A stretch of DNA of 49,795 bases from an uncultured Oscillospiraceae bacterium (GCA_964425865.1 CAYROJ010000001.1:1-49795), one strand, 5' to 3'; positions 1-8,164 are shown, counted from the stretch's first letter. Numbers and translations are program-made. Notes: generated from the letters alone by a model not told the origin.

Positions 1-68
1 GCCAGCACCACATAGATAAATGCCTTGTAAATCTTCTCGCTGGAGGTAGTGATCTTTCGTTGTTTCAT
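1..68 (-). CDS. Carbohydrate ABC transporter permease, N-terminal fragment (continues off the window start)
   Basis: The minus strand reads ATG at 68, MKQRKITTSSEKIYKAFIYVVL..., preceded by an AGGAGG RBS. It lies directly downstream of the first permease, the usual position of a second permease. Confidence 0.75.
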   Translation of the reverse strand, partial: MKQRKITTSSEKIYKAFIYVVL

Positions 69-79
69 GCTTTACCTCC

Positions 80-964
80 TTAGAATTCCAGGGTTTCACG
101 CTCGGTGACCTTGTTGACCAGTGCCGACAGGGCAAAGGAGAACAGGAAGATCACCACACCAATGGCCATACAATAGCCGTAAAGGCCATTGCTCTTCTGC
201 GTGTACATATAGCCAAGTACCACCTCGGACGAGCCGTTGGGGCCTCCGCTGGTCAAAGCCTTGACAATCAAGAATGCCATATTGATGGTGGAGATGATGA
301 AGAAAGTCAAAGTAGTACGGATGTTGGTCCAGATCAGAGGAATGGTGATCTGGAAGAACTGGGTGATACGGCCTGCACCGTCCAGTCCGGAGCTTTCATA
401 CAAAGACTGGGGAACGGCAGACATGGAGGCCATGTACATGACCATGTAATAGCCGATGGCCTGCCAGACCATGGCGATGATCACGGAGACCATAACCAGT
501 TTTTCGCCCTTCCAGAGAATGCTCTCTTTAAAGTTAAAGAAAATGTCCAGAATAGAGTTGAGCATACCGTTTTTGGTCTGGTAAATGGCGGAGAAAATAC
601 CGGAAATAACAACAACGGACAAAATATTGGGAATGTAGAAAACAACACGGAAGAAATTTTGTCCTTTGATTTTTTCGCGAGTTAAGATGCCTGCAAAAAT
701 CAGTGCCATGGCCATGGTAATGACAGTAACGACAACGATCAGAAGCAGGGTGTTCTGCATGGAACGAATGAAGGCAGTGTCCTTCAGAAGGTAGGTGAAG
801 TTTTTCAGACCCACAAATTTTTCTGTCTGAGAAAAGGCGCTGCGCTCATACAGCGACATACGGAAAACATTGATGGTAGGGATAACCATAAATACTGTGA
901 ACAAAATCACAGCCGGGGCCAGGCAGGCCAGTAAAAATGCGCTACGGCGTTTGTTGCTCTTCAT
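80..964 (-). CDS. Carbohydrate ABC transporter permease (MalF/UgpA type)
   Basis: 294 aa with multiple TM segments, an EAA-loop-like LYESSGLDGAGR..F..ITIP motif and an FVGLKNF motif. Confidence 0.93.
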   Translation of the reverse strand: MKSNKRRSAFLLACLAPAVILFTVFMVIPTINVFRMSLYERSAFSQTEKFVGLKNFTYLLKDTAFIRSMQNTLLLIVVVTVITMAMALIFAGILTREKIKGQNFFRVVFYIPNILSVVVISGIFSAIYQTKNGMLNSILDIFFNFKESILWKGEKLVMVSVIIAMVWQAIGYYMVMYMASMSAVPQSLYESSGLDGAGRITQFFQITIPLIWTNIRTTLTFFIISTINMAFLIVKALTSGGPNGSSEVVLGYMYTQKSNGLYGYCMAIGVVIFLFSFALSALVNKVTERETLEF

Positions 965-1014
965 AGCTGCAAATACCGCTCCTTTCTAAAGAGGGAATAG
1001 AGAGTTTACGAAAA

Positions 1015-1044
1015 GGATGGCAGCGGCGGCTGCCGCTGCCATCC
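1015..1044 (-). terminator. Intercistronic stem-loop (terminator or mRNA stabiliser) between the SBP and permease genes
   Basis: GGATGGCAGCGGC-ggct-GCCGCTGCCATCC, a 13-bp perfect stem followed by TTTT on the minus strand. Confidence 0.7.
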
Positions 1045-1075
1045 CAAAAATTATTCGTGGATGTAAGCCGTTAAA

Positions 1076-2425
1076 TTAGCTCATCAGGTTTGCACGCATC
1101 AGTGCAGTCTTCTCGATGATGTTGGCCTTGTACTGCTCAATCGTCAGAGTGCCGGCGACCAGAGAGTTGATGGGCTCGAAGAAGACGGAGGTGTTGTCAA
1201 CGCCAGGGATAGCGGCGTAAGCCTGGAAGTTACCCATAGCGGCCTTAGCACCGTTGTCGTAGATGGAGTAGAACATCACATTGTCGCCTTCCAGCATGGA
1301 AGAAACACCGTTGATGGGCTGGATAGCACTGCTCTTGGAGAAGAACTCGGCAGCCTTGTCGGAGTACAGGAATGCAACAAAGTACATAGCAGCATCGGTG
1401 TTAGCAGCGTTAGCGGGGATCCAAGCCTGCTCGAACCAGCAGTAGGAGTAGCCGACGCCGCCCTTGGTAACTGCGGGCAGAGCGGTCATGCCCCAAGCGA
1501 AGTTGTTGGTCAGAGACTTCTGGGCATCAGCCATTTCGTTAACGATCCAAGTGCCGTTGGGCATAAATAGAGCTTCGTCCTGCATAACCATCAGCTGGTT
1601 CTTGGTGAAGTCCTGGTTGTTAGCCTGAGCGGGAGTAGTGGGGTGAGTGTAATCAGCCAGCTTGTCCAGAATGTTCAGCAAGGTCTTGCCGTTCTCGGAC
1701 TCCCAAGCGCCTTCCTTGTAGTTGGTGATGTCGTTGAAGAACTCAGCGCCGCCAACGGAGTACATCAGAGCGTACATAAATGCATCGTAGTAGCCAGCGG
1801 TGGGGTAGGTGAACAGGGAGATACCTTCAGCCTTCGCCTTGTCGCCCAGTTCCCACATCTCGTCCCAAGTGGTGGGAACGGTCCAGCCCTTAGCCTCGAA
1901 CAGCTTTGCGTTGTAGAACAGGCCGCAGGGAGAGTAGAACATAGGAGCCAGATAGGTCTTGCCATCGCCATAGGGGTTGGTCAGAGAGGTCTCGGTGAAG
2001 CCGCCGGAGATCTTGTCACCGACCTTCTTGGTTTCGCCGGGAACGGTCAGATCCAGAACGCCGGTGATGTCCAGCAGAGCCTTGTCCTTGATGAACTGCT
2101 CAGTCAGCTGAGCGGGACGGCCGGTAGCCAGGTGGACAACATCGGGATATTCGCCGCCCTGCATGGAAGCGGAGATGACATCTTCCAGGTTCTTATCGGT
2201 GGTCAGCTCGACCTTGATGCCGGTCTCAGCTTCGAAAGCTGCGCAGACATCCTTCCACATATCAGCACCGTAAGCGGTTTCGATAGCGGCAACCTTAATG
2301 GTGGTGCCCTTCAGTTCTTCCAGGGTCTTGCCGGGTTCGGGAGAGTCGATCTTGTTTGCGGGAGTGCAGGCAAACAGACCCAGAACCATAACAGCAACCA
2401 GAAGCATTGCAAGAATCTTCTTCAT
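1076..2425 (-). CDS. Carbohydrate ABC transporter substrate-binding lipoprotein
   Basis: Lipoprotein signal (MKKILAMLL...LFAC). SBP family-1 motifs GLFYNAKLFE..GW.VPTTWDE and ALFMPNGTWI. AGGAGG RBS. Confidence 0.93.
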   Translation of the reverse strand: MKKILAMLLVAVMVLGLFACTPANKIDSPEPGKTLEELKGTTIKVAAIETAYGADMWKDVCAAFEAETGIKVELTTDKNLEDVISASMQGGEYPDVVHLATGRPAQLTEQFIKDKALLDITGVLDLTVPGETKKVGDKISGGFTETSLTNPYGDGKTYLAPMFYSPCGLFYNAKLFEAKGWTVPTTWDEMWELGDKAKAEGISLFTYPTAGYYDAFMYALMYSVGGAEFFNDITNYKEGAWESENGKTLLNILDKLADYTHPTTPAQANNQDFTKNQLMVMQDEALFMPNGTWIVNEMADAQKSLTNNFAWGMTALPAVTKGGVGYSYCWFEQAWIPANAANTDAAMYFVAFLYSDKAAEFFSKSSAIQPINGVSSMLEGDNVMFYSIYDNGAKAAMGNFQAYAAIPGVDNTSVFFEPINSLVAGTLTIEQYKANIIEKTALMRANLMS

Positions 2426-2476
2426 TAGTAGTTCCTCCTAAAAATTTACAATTGGGCACAAGCCCTTACGATGGTT

Positions 2477-2505
2477 AGTATACAGATTATTAACAAAATC
2501 GCAAC
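2477..2505 (-). promoter_or_regulatory. Sigma-A promoter for the sugar ABC operon
   Basis: Minus strand TTGCGA-17 nt-TATACT. Confidence 0.55.
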
Positions 2506-2620
2506 CAAATTCTTGCGTAGAATTTTATAAAAATTGCTATTTTATACATTTTCGGCACAATGTAAAATTTGGGCTGTTTAAAATTATGCAAAATAACGGG
2601 AAAATGGAGGGCAAAAAGCA

Positions 2621-2666
2621 GCCGGTTTTTGAAATTAACTGTGGCCGGTTTTTGAAATTAACTGTG
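2621..2666. repeat. Perfect 23-bp tandem duplication (x2)
   Basis: GCCGGTTTTTGAAATTAACTGTG at 2621-2643 and 2644-2666. Confidence 0.9.
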
Positions 2667-2673
2667 AATATCG

Positions 2674-2702
2674 TTGCTTTTTCTTTGATTTTGCTGTAAA
2701 AT
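2674..2702 (+). promoter_or_regulatory. Sigma-A promoter for the AraC regulator
   Basis: TTGCTT-17 nt-TAAAAT. Confidence 0.5.
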
Positions 2703-2739
2703 AAGAGAAAAGCCAATTTTTATAAAATGAGGGCAGACT

Positions 2740-3585
2740 ATGAGCAACAACAGATACAAGATGGATCGGATCGATCCGGAAAATATTCGCAGCAATGCCA
2801 AGCTCTTGAATGTGGGCTCTGCCCGTTATGACGGGGACTGGAATTCCATTTCCCATACACACAGCTACGCAGAGCTGTTTTATATTGTTGGCGGTGATGG
2901 ACAGTTCCGCATTGAAAACGAATTGTATCCGGTAACAGCTGATCAGCTGGTCATTGTCAATCCCAATGTGCTGCACACGGAGGTCAGCTATGAGTCAAGA
3001 CCTCTGGAATATATGGTGCTGGGGGTCGAAGGCTTGGAGCTGTCTGCAGAAGGAAATGACGACGGACGGTTCTGTATCTTGGACTACCGCAATGGCGGCG
3101 ATATTCTGACTTGCCTGCGTCATATTTTACGGGAGTCTCAGGAAAAGCCCCTGGGCTATGAAACTGTATGCCAGGCTTATTTGGAGATTTTGATCGTGCG
3201 ATTGATGCGCAGCACCAGCTTTGCTGTTTTGCCGGGACCGGTGGAGAAACGGGCCAGCCGTCAGTGTGCCATTATCCGCCGCTATATTGATGTGCATTAC
3301 AAGGAACAGCTGAATTTGGATGTTCTGGCGGAGCAGGCTCATGTGAACAAATATTATCTGGCGCATGCATTTAAACGGGAGTATGGGATCTCTCCGATCC
3401 ACTATTTGGGTCAACGGCGGATCGAGGAGAGTAAATACTTGCTGGAAGAGACGGATATGTCGCTGTCCCAGATCTCCCGTGTGCTGGGATTTTCCTCAGG
3501 CAGTTATTTTTCCCAGAGCTTTGGCAAGGCAGTGGGAATGGCACCCATGGAATACCGCAAGAAGTTTAAGGAGAATACATTGTAA
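2740..3585 (+). CDS. AraC family transcriptional regulator (cupin + double HTH)
   Basis: N-terminal cupin motif HTHSYAELFYIVGG...HTE. C-terminal AraC signature LLEETDMSLSQISRVLGFSSGSYFSQSFGKAVGMAPMEYRK. Divergent from the sugar ABC genes. Confidence 0.95.
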   Translation: MSNNRYKMDRIDPENIRSNAKLLNVGSARYDGDWNSISHTHSYAELFYIVGGDGQFRIENELYPVTADQLVIVNPNVLHTEVSYESRPLEYMVLGVEGLELSAEGNDDGRFCILDYRNGGDILTCLRHILRESQEKPLGYETVCQAYLEILIVRLMRSTSFAVLPGPVEKRASRQCAIIRRYIDVHYKEQLNLDVLAEQAHVNKYYLAHAFKREYGISPIHYLGQRRIEESKYLLEETDMSLSQISRVLGFSSGSYFSQSFGKAVGMAPMEYRKKFKENTL

Positions 3586-3587
3586 AA

Positions 3588-3619
3588 GATGGCCGTGCTG
3601 CGACAGCAACACGGCCATC
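3588..3619. terminator. Stem-loop after the AraC gene
   Basis: GATGGCCGTG...CACGGCCATC, a 10-bp stem 3 nt after the stop codon. The U-tract is weak. Confidence 0.5.
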
Positions 3620-3658
3620 AAAATCGTTTTGATGGCATTTGGTGCGATTTGATTTCGG

Positions 3659-3687
3659 TTGACTTGTATACGGTTGCTTGCTATAAT
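3659..3687 (+). promoter_or_regulatory. Sigma-A promoter with extended -10
   Basis: TTGACT-17 nt-(TGc)TATAAT upstream of an AGGAGG RBS and ATG 3709. Confidence 0.7.
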
Positions 3688-3708
3688 GCAGGAAAAGGAG
3701 GAGTGCTT

Positions 3709-4575
3709 ATGAGGAATTTAACCATTAAGCGAGCCAAGAGATTTGTGGCCTGTCTGGGTAAGATACAGATCTATATTGAAGACGCAGCAGGGGATCTGAC
3801 CATCAGCGGAAGGCTGTGCCGTAAGCTGGGCACAGTGAAAAACGGTGAGGAAAAAACTTTTTCGATCACCACGGAGGCTGTGCGCATTTTTGCCATTGCC
3901 GACAAGGTGAGTAAAAATTACTGCATGGAATACTATCAGCTGGAAGAAGGGGAGGAGGACATTTTGCTGACGGGCAAAAATGTGTTCAACCCCATTTGCG
4001 GAAATCCCTTCCGGTTTGACGATAACCACAGTGAGGGGATCGAAGCCCATCGAAAGCAGGGAAGACGCCATGGCCGGATCGTTGTGGCGGTGGCACTGGC
4101 GGTTGGGCTGGTGGTCGGCGGCGTGGTAGGAACGCAAATCGCTGCCAAGAAGCGAGCCCAGGATAAGACATTTCATGTGCAGGGCATGGAAATCACCCTG
4201 AACGGGGCATTCCGGGAAAAAGAGTTTTATGGATACACCAAGGTGTTCGACTCTTCGAAGGTTGCGGTTTTTACCCTGAAAGAGAACTTTGATCAGATGG
4301 CAGGTTTTGAAAACTACTCCTTGGCTGAGTACAGAGATCTGATCGTGCGGGCCAATGCGTTGGAAAACTGCGTTTTAAAGGAAGAAGATGGCCTTCTGTC
4401 CTTCGCCTATGTCTTTTCCAATGCAGAAACCAATGAAACCTACTGCTATGACACATTTGTGTATAAGTGCAGCGATGGATTCTGGATGATCCAGTTTGCA
4501 ACACTGGAAGAAAACGCTGCTGCCTTTGAAGACCAGATTTTGTCCTGGGCAAAGTCGGTCAAATTCACACAATGA
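3709..4575 (+). CDS. Hypothetical bitopic membrane protein
   Basis: The true start is probably ATG 3709 (MRNLTIKR; RBS AGGAGG) rather than 3589. There is one central TM helix (IVVAVALAVGLVVGGVVGT) between two soluble domains. Confidence 0.8.
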   Translation: MRNLTIKRAKRFVACLGKIQIYIEDAAGDLTISGRLCRKLGTVKNGEEKTFSITTEAVRIFAIADKVSKNYCMEYYQLEEGEEDILLTGKNVFNPICGNPFRFDDNHSEGIEAHRKQGRRHGRIVVAVALAVGLVVGGVVGTQIAAKKRAQDKTFHVQGMEITLNGAFREKEFYGYTKVFDSSKVAVFTLKENFDQMAGFENYSLAEYRDLIVRANALENCVLKEEDGLLSFAYVFSNAETNETYCYDTFVYKCSDGFWMIQFATLEENAAAFEDQILSWAKSVKFTQ

Positions 4576-4593
4576 CAAAATTGGAGATATGCG

Positions 4594-4625
4594 ATTCGAC
4601 CCGGCAGTTTGCCGGGTCGAATTTT
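4594..4625 (+). terminator. Rho-independent terminator
   Basis: ATTCGACCCGGCA-gtt-TGCCGGGTCGAAT followed by TTT. Confidence 0.7.
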
Positions 4626-4775
4626 GCAATTTGCAGTGGTATATTTTGGTAGGATGCGCTATAATAGTAAAAAATGCGCTTTTCTAAGGAAACCCTGATT
4701 TAATCTGAACTAGCAAATAGATTTCAGATATGGTACAATAACATCATCAAAGCAAAGGAATGAGGCAACTTGGCC

Positions 4776-4864
4776 GGAAGCGAGGAATTGCAGGAAGCGA
4801 GGAATTGCAGGAATGCAGGAAGCGAGGAATTGCAGGAATGTAGGAAGCGAGGAATTGCAGGAAC
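4776..4864. repeat. Purine-rich tandem repeat array
   Basis: Four copies of GGAAGCGAGGAATTGCA (4776, 4793, 4818, 4843) interspersed with GGAATG(C/T)A octamers. Confidence 0.85.
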
Positions 4865-4867
4865 TGC

Positions 4868-4896
4868 TTGACTATTGGGGATAATTGGGGTATATT
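4868..4896 (+). promoter_or_regulatory. Sigma-A promoter for the thioredoxin reductase-like gene
   Basis: TTGACT-17 nt-TATATT. Confidence 0.55.
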
Positions 4897-4960
4897 GACG
4901 GGGAAACTTTCGATTTTTCATTGGCTTTTTACGACTAATTTCGTTTCGTGAGGTATCCTT

Positions 4961-5815
4961 ATGTATGATGTGGCCATCATTGGCACCGGCCCGGCAGGTA
5001 TCTCTGCTGCGCTGACGCTGAAAGCTCTGAATAAAGAGGTCATCCTGTTTGGCACTGCCCGGCTCTCGGAAAAGATCCGCAAGGCGGAGTGCATCCGCAA
5101 TTATCCCGGCCTTGCCCAGATCTCCGGCCGGGAGATGACAGAAGCGTTTTCCCGACAGTTGGAGCAGATGGACATTTCCATTACTGCCAAGACTGTCACA
5201 GGGGTCTATCCCATGGGGGAATATTACGGGATCCTGTGCAATCAGGAGATGGTTGAAGCAAAGACGGTGATTTTGGCCACCGGGGTGGAAAGTGTCAAGC
5301 CTGTTCCCGGGGAAATGGAGTTTCTGGGCTGCGGTGTCAGCTACTGTGCCACCTGCGATGGCTTTTTATATCGGGGAAAGACCATTGCGGTGGTCTGCAC
5401 CTCCGCAGAATATGAGCACGAGATCGAGTATCTGGCGGATCTGGCGGAAAAGGTGTACCTGTTCCCTCTGTATCGCACCTGCGGTGTCCGGCGGGAGAAT
5501 GTGCAGCAGATGTCCGGTGTGCCCACAGCAGTGGAAGGGGATAATCAGGTTCGCAGCATCTGCACCAAGGAGAGCCGATGGGCTGTCGATGGGGTGTTCT
5601 TCCTGAAATCCGCCGTATCTCCGGCGGCACTGGTGCCTGGATTGGAGACAGACCGAGGGCATGTGATCGTGGACAGAGGCTGCCGAACCAATTTGCCGGG
5701 GCTGTTTGCCGCCGGTGACTGCACCGGAAGACCCTATCAGTATGTCAAGGCTGCCGGAGAAGGCAATGTGGCGGCTCATGGAGCGGTACAGTTTCTGGCA
5801 GAGAATAAAGAATAG
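4961..5815 (+). CDS. trxB: Thioredoxin reductase-like flavoprotein, probably ferredoxin/flavodoxin-dependent (FFTR type)
   Basis: FAD motif GTGPAG, redox motif GVSYCATCDG and TNLPGLFAAGD are present. The NAD(P)H GxGxxA motif is absent. Confidence 0.85.
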   Translation: MYDVAIIGTGPAGISAALTLKALNKEVILFGTARLSEKIRKAECIRNYPGLAQISGREMTEAFSRQLEQMDISITAKTVTGVYPMGEYYGILCNQEMVEAKTVILATGVESVKPVPGEMEFLGCGVSYCATCDGFLYRGKTIAVVCTSAEYEHEIEYLADLAEKVYLFPLYRTCGVRRENVQQMSGVPTAVEGDNQVRSICTKESRWAVDGVFFLKSAVSPAALVPGLETDRGHVIVDRGCRTNLPGLFAAGDCTGRPYQYVKAAGEGNVAAHGAVQFLAENKE

Positions 5816-5819
5816 ACCA

Positions 5820-5844
5820 AAGCCCGGAGCGTTGCTCCGGGCTT
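5820..5844. terminator. Stem-loop between convergent genes
   Basis: AAGCCCGGAGC-gtt-GCTCCGGGCTT. Confidence 0.7.
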
Positions 5845-5856
5845 CCATCGTTTGAT

Positions 5857-6651
5857 TTAGGTGTTTTTGGAAATATCTCTGCCAAAATATTTTTGGGACA
5901 ATGCGCTTAAGGTGCCGTCAGAAGCCAGCTCTGCAAGAGCTTTGTTAATGGCTTCCAGCAGGGAAGCGCAGGCGTCGCCTTTGCGCACGGGAATGGCGAT
6001 CTGCTCCACCTGGTCAGAATAGGCGGCGATCTTGATATTGGCATCCGGGTGAGCCTTGATATAGTCGGTGTAGACCGCTTCAGCGTTTAATGTGGCATCG
6101 ATTCGGCCAGCCAGAAGCAGCTCAATGGTCTGGTTCAGGTCATCCACGGCGGTGACGGTGGCACCGTAGGCTTCAGCTTGGGCGGCATAGGTGCTGGAAA
6201 TGGTGTTGGCGGTCTTTTTGCCCTTCAGGTCATCCATGGAGTGGATGGAGTCGTCATCCTTGCGGACGATGACAGCCGTGCGGTTGTAGGCATAGGGGGT
6301 GGAGAAATTATACTTGAGCTGCCGTTCTTCGGTAATGCCTACGCCGTTGACCATGATGTCATAGCGGCCATCATCCAGACCGGCCAGCAGACCGTCCCAT
6401 TCGCCTTCAACAAACTTCACGGTGACACCCAGCTTCTCGGCCACGGCCTTGGCAACTTCCACATCGTAGCCTACCAGCACATCGGCCTCGTCGTGGTAAG
6501 TCCAGGGGGACCAGGTGCCCTCCATGGCGACAGTGATGTAGCCACGGGCTTTAATGTCGGACAGCAGATCGGAAGATTGCTTGGGGGTGCAGGCACAAAG
6601 CAGGGCAGATACCATAGCCAGTGCCAAGATCAATGCAAAAAATCTTTTCAT
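5857..6651 (-). CDS. Polar amino acid ABC transporter substrate-binding lipoprotein (cystine-binding TcyA/FliY-like)
   Basis: Lipobox LCAC. SBP family-3 motifs EGTWSPWTYHDE..LVGYDVEVA, WDGLLAGL..GRYDI and LS.LSQKYFG. Confidence 0.9.
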   Translation of the reverse strand: MKRFFALILALAMVSALLCACTPKQSSDLLSDIKARGYITVAMEGTWSPWTYHDEADVLVGYDVEVAKAVAEKLGVTVKFVEGEWDGLLAGLDDGRYDIMVNGVGITEERQLKYNFSTPYAYNRTAVIVRKDDDSIHSMDDLKGKKTANTISSTYAAQAEAYGATVTAVDDLNQTIELLLAGRIDATLNAEAVYTDYIKAHPDANIKIAAYSDQVEQIAIPVRKGDACASLLEAINKALAELASDGTLSALSQKYFGRDISKNT

Positions 6652-6655
6652 ATCA

Positions 6656-7396
6656 TTACTCCTCGTTGGAAAGTATTTTTAGGAATGCCTTGGTGCGTTC
6701 CTGCTGGGGAGCATCGAAAAATGCCCGGGAAGGGCCAGCTTCGACAATGCGGCCATCTTCCATAAAGATCACCTTGTTGGAAACGGTGCGAGCAAAGCCC
6801 ATTTCGTGGGTCACCACCAGCATGGTGCGCCCTTCCTGGGCAAGCCGGCGCATGACCGACAGCACTTCGCCTGTCAGCTCCGGATCCAGAGCGGAGGTGG
6901 GCTCGTCAAAGTAGATGATCTCCGGGTCTGTGGCCATGGCACGGGCGATGGCCACCCGCTGCTGCTGGCCGCCGGACAGTTGGGCAGGGTAGTAGTCGTA
7001 GCGGTCGGAAAGCCCAACCTTGTCCAAAGCAGCCCGCCCAATGCGGTTTGCTTCATCCTTGGGGATCTTCCGGGCGACAGTCAGACCTTCCGTCACATTT
7101 TGCAAGGCGGTCTTGTTGGCGAAAAGATTGTAATTTTGGAAGACAAAGCCGGTTTTTCGCCGTAGCCGGGAAATATCTTTCTTGGAAATTTTATGCAGAT
7201 CGAAATTTTCACCGTCGAAGCAGATCCGGCCACCGTCGGCACGCTCTAAAAAATTCAGACAGCGCAACAGTGTGGTTTTACCGGAACCGCTGGGGCCGAT
7301 GATGGCGATCACATCACCCTGCTCCACAGAGAAGCTGACTCCCTGCAATACGGCGTTGCCGCCGAAGGATTTTTGGATATTCTGGATTTCCAGCAA
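6656..7396 (-). CDS. Polar amino acid ABC transporter ATP-binding protein
   Basis: Walker A GPSGSGKT, signature LSGGQQQRVAIARA, Walker B FDEPTSALDPE and VTHEM. TTG start. Confidence 0.95.
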   Translation of the reverse strand: MLEIQNIQKSFGGNAVLQGVSFSVEQGDVIAIIGPSGSGKTTLLRCLNFLERADGGRICFDGENFDLHKISKKDISRLRRKTGFVFQNYNLFANKTALQNVTEGLTVARKIPKDEANRIGRAALDKVGLSDRYDYYPAQLSGGQQQRVAIARAMATDPEIIYFDEPTSALDPELTGEVLSVMRRLAQEGRTMLVVTHEMGFARTVSNKVIFMEDGRIVEAGPSRAFFDAPQQERTKAFLKILSNEE

Positions 7397-7399
7397 GAC

Positions 7400-8077
7400 T
7401 CACGCCCCCTTTCGGCCGTAGGAGGCCAGTTTCTTTTCGCCCACAGCCTGCAATTTGGTCAGCACCGTGGAGAAGATCAGATAGATCAGGCCAACCTCAA
7501 TATAGAGCAGCAATGGTTCGTAAGTCCTTGCCACGATCCGCTGGGTCACCATGAACATTTCCGTCACGGTAATGTTGGCGGCCAGAGAAGTGTCCTTCAC
7601 CATGGAGATCAGCGAATTGCTCAAAGGAGGAAAGGCGGTACGCATGGCCTGGGGCAGCACAATGCGGAAGATGGTCTGCAAATAGCTGAGGCCGGCGCAT
7701 TGACCGGCTTCCATTTGTCCTCTGGGAACGGATTCCAGAGCTGCACGAATGGTCTCGGAGCAGTAGGCACCTTCATTGAGGGAGAAGACGATGACGGCAG
7801 CAGGGAAAGGATCCAGCATCAGTCCTGCCTTGGGCAGACCGTAAAACACCACGAACAGCTGCACCAGAAGCGGCGTGCCCCGGAAGATCCAGATATAGAA
7901 CCGGGCCAGCTGTTTGAGCACCTTTATATTTGCAAACTGCACCAGTGCCATGATGACTGCAATGACCAGTGCGATGGAAAAGGAGATAATGGTCAGCGGT
8001 ATGGTCATGGTGATGCCGGGAAGGAGAATTTTGGGGAATGAGTCAATAAACAGCTTCAGTAGGGGGCTGTCGAACAT
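7400..8077 (-). CDS. Polar amino acid ABC transporter permease
   Basis: FRGTPLLVQLF, AY.SE.IRA.L.SVP.GQ.EA and KDTSLA motifs. Confidence 0.95.
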   Translation of the reverse strand: MFDSPLLKLFIDSFPKILLPGITMTIPLTIISFSIALVIAVIMALVQFANIKVLKQLARFYIWIFRGTPLLVQLFVVFYGLPKAGLMLDPFPAAVIVFSLNEGAYCSETIRAALESVPRGQMEAGQCAGLSYLQTIFRIVLPQAMRTAFPPLSNSLISMVKDTSLAANITVTEMFMVTQRIVARTYEPLLLYIEVGLIYLIFSTVLTKLQAVGEKKLASYGRKGA

Positions 8078-8124
8078 GAAATACCCTTCTTTCTGATCTT
8101 TTGACGAAACATTTTATCCTCCAT

Positions 8125-8153
8125 AGTATACTCGGTTTTTGCATTTCTGGCAA
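8125..8153 (-). promoter_or_regulatory. Sigma-A promoter for the amino acid ABC operon
   Basis: Minus strand TTGCCA-17 nt-TATACT. Confidence 0.6.
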
Positions 8154-8164
8154 TACCTTTTTTG

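Noticed and set aside
3589-3708. Upstream ORF-track starts (3589, 8761, 11386, 11902, 16222, 17203, 17575, 21763, 23556, 31199, 45590)
   Set aside because: The extensions overlap terminators, promoters or upstream genes. The downstream starts have proper RBSs and match family N-termini.
4690-4730. c-di-GMP or other riboswitch in the 4575-4961 gap
   Set aside because: There is a single hairpin with a GCAAA loop, but the second stem and conserved flanks of the GEMM motif are not recognisable.
4776-4864. Possible CRISPR array
   Set aside because: The units are 17 bp, adjacent or separated by near-identical 8-mers. There are no unique spacers and no cas genes.
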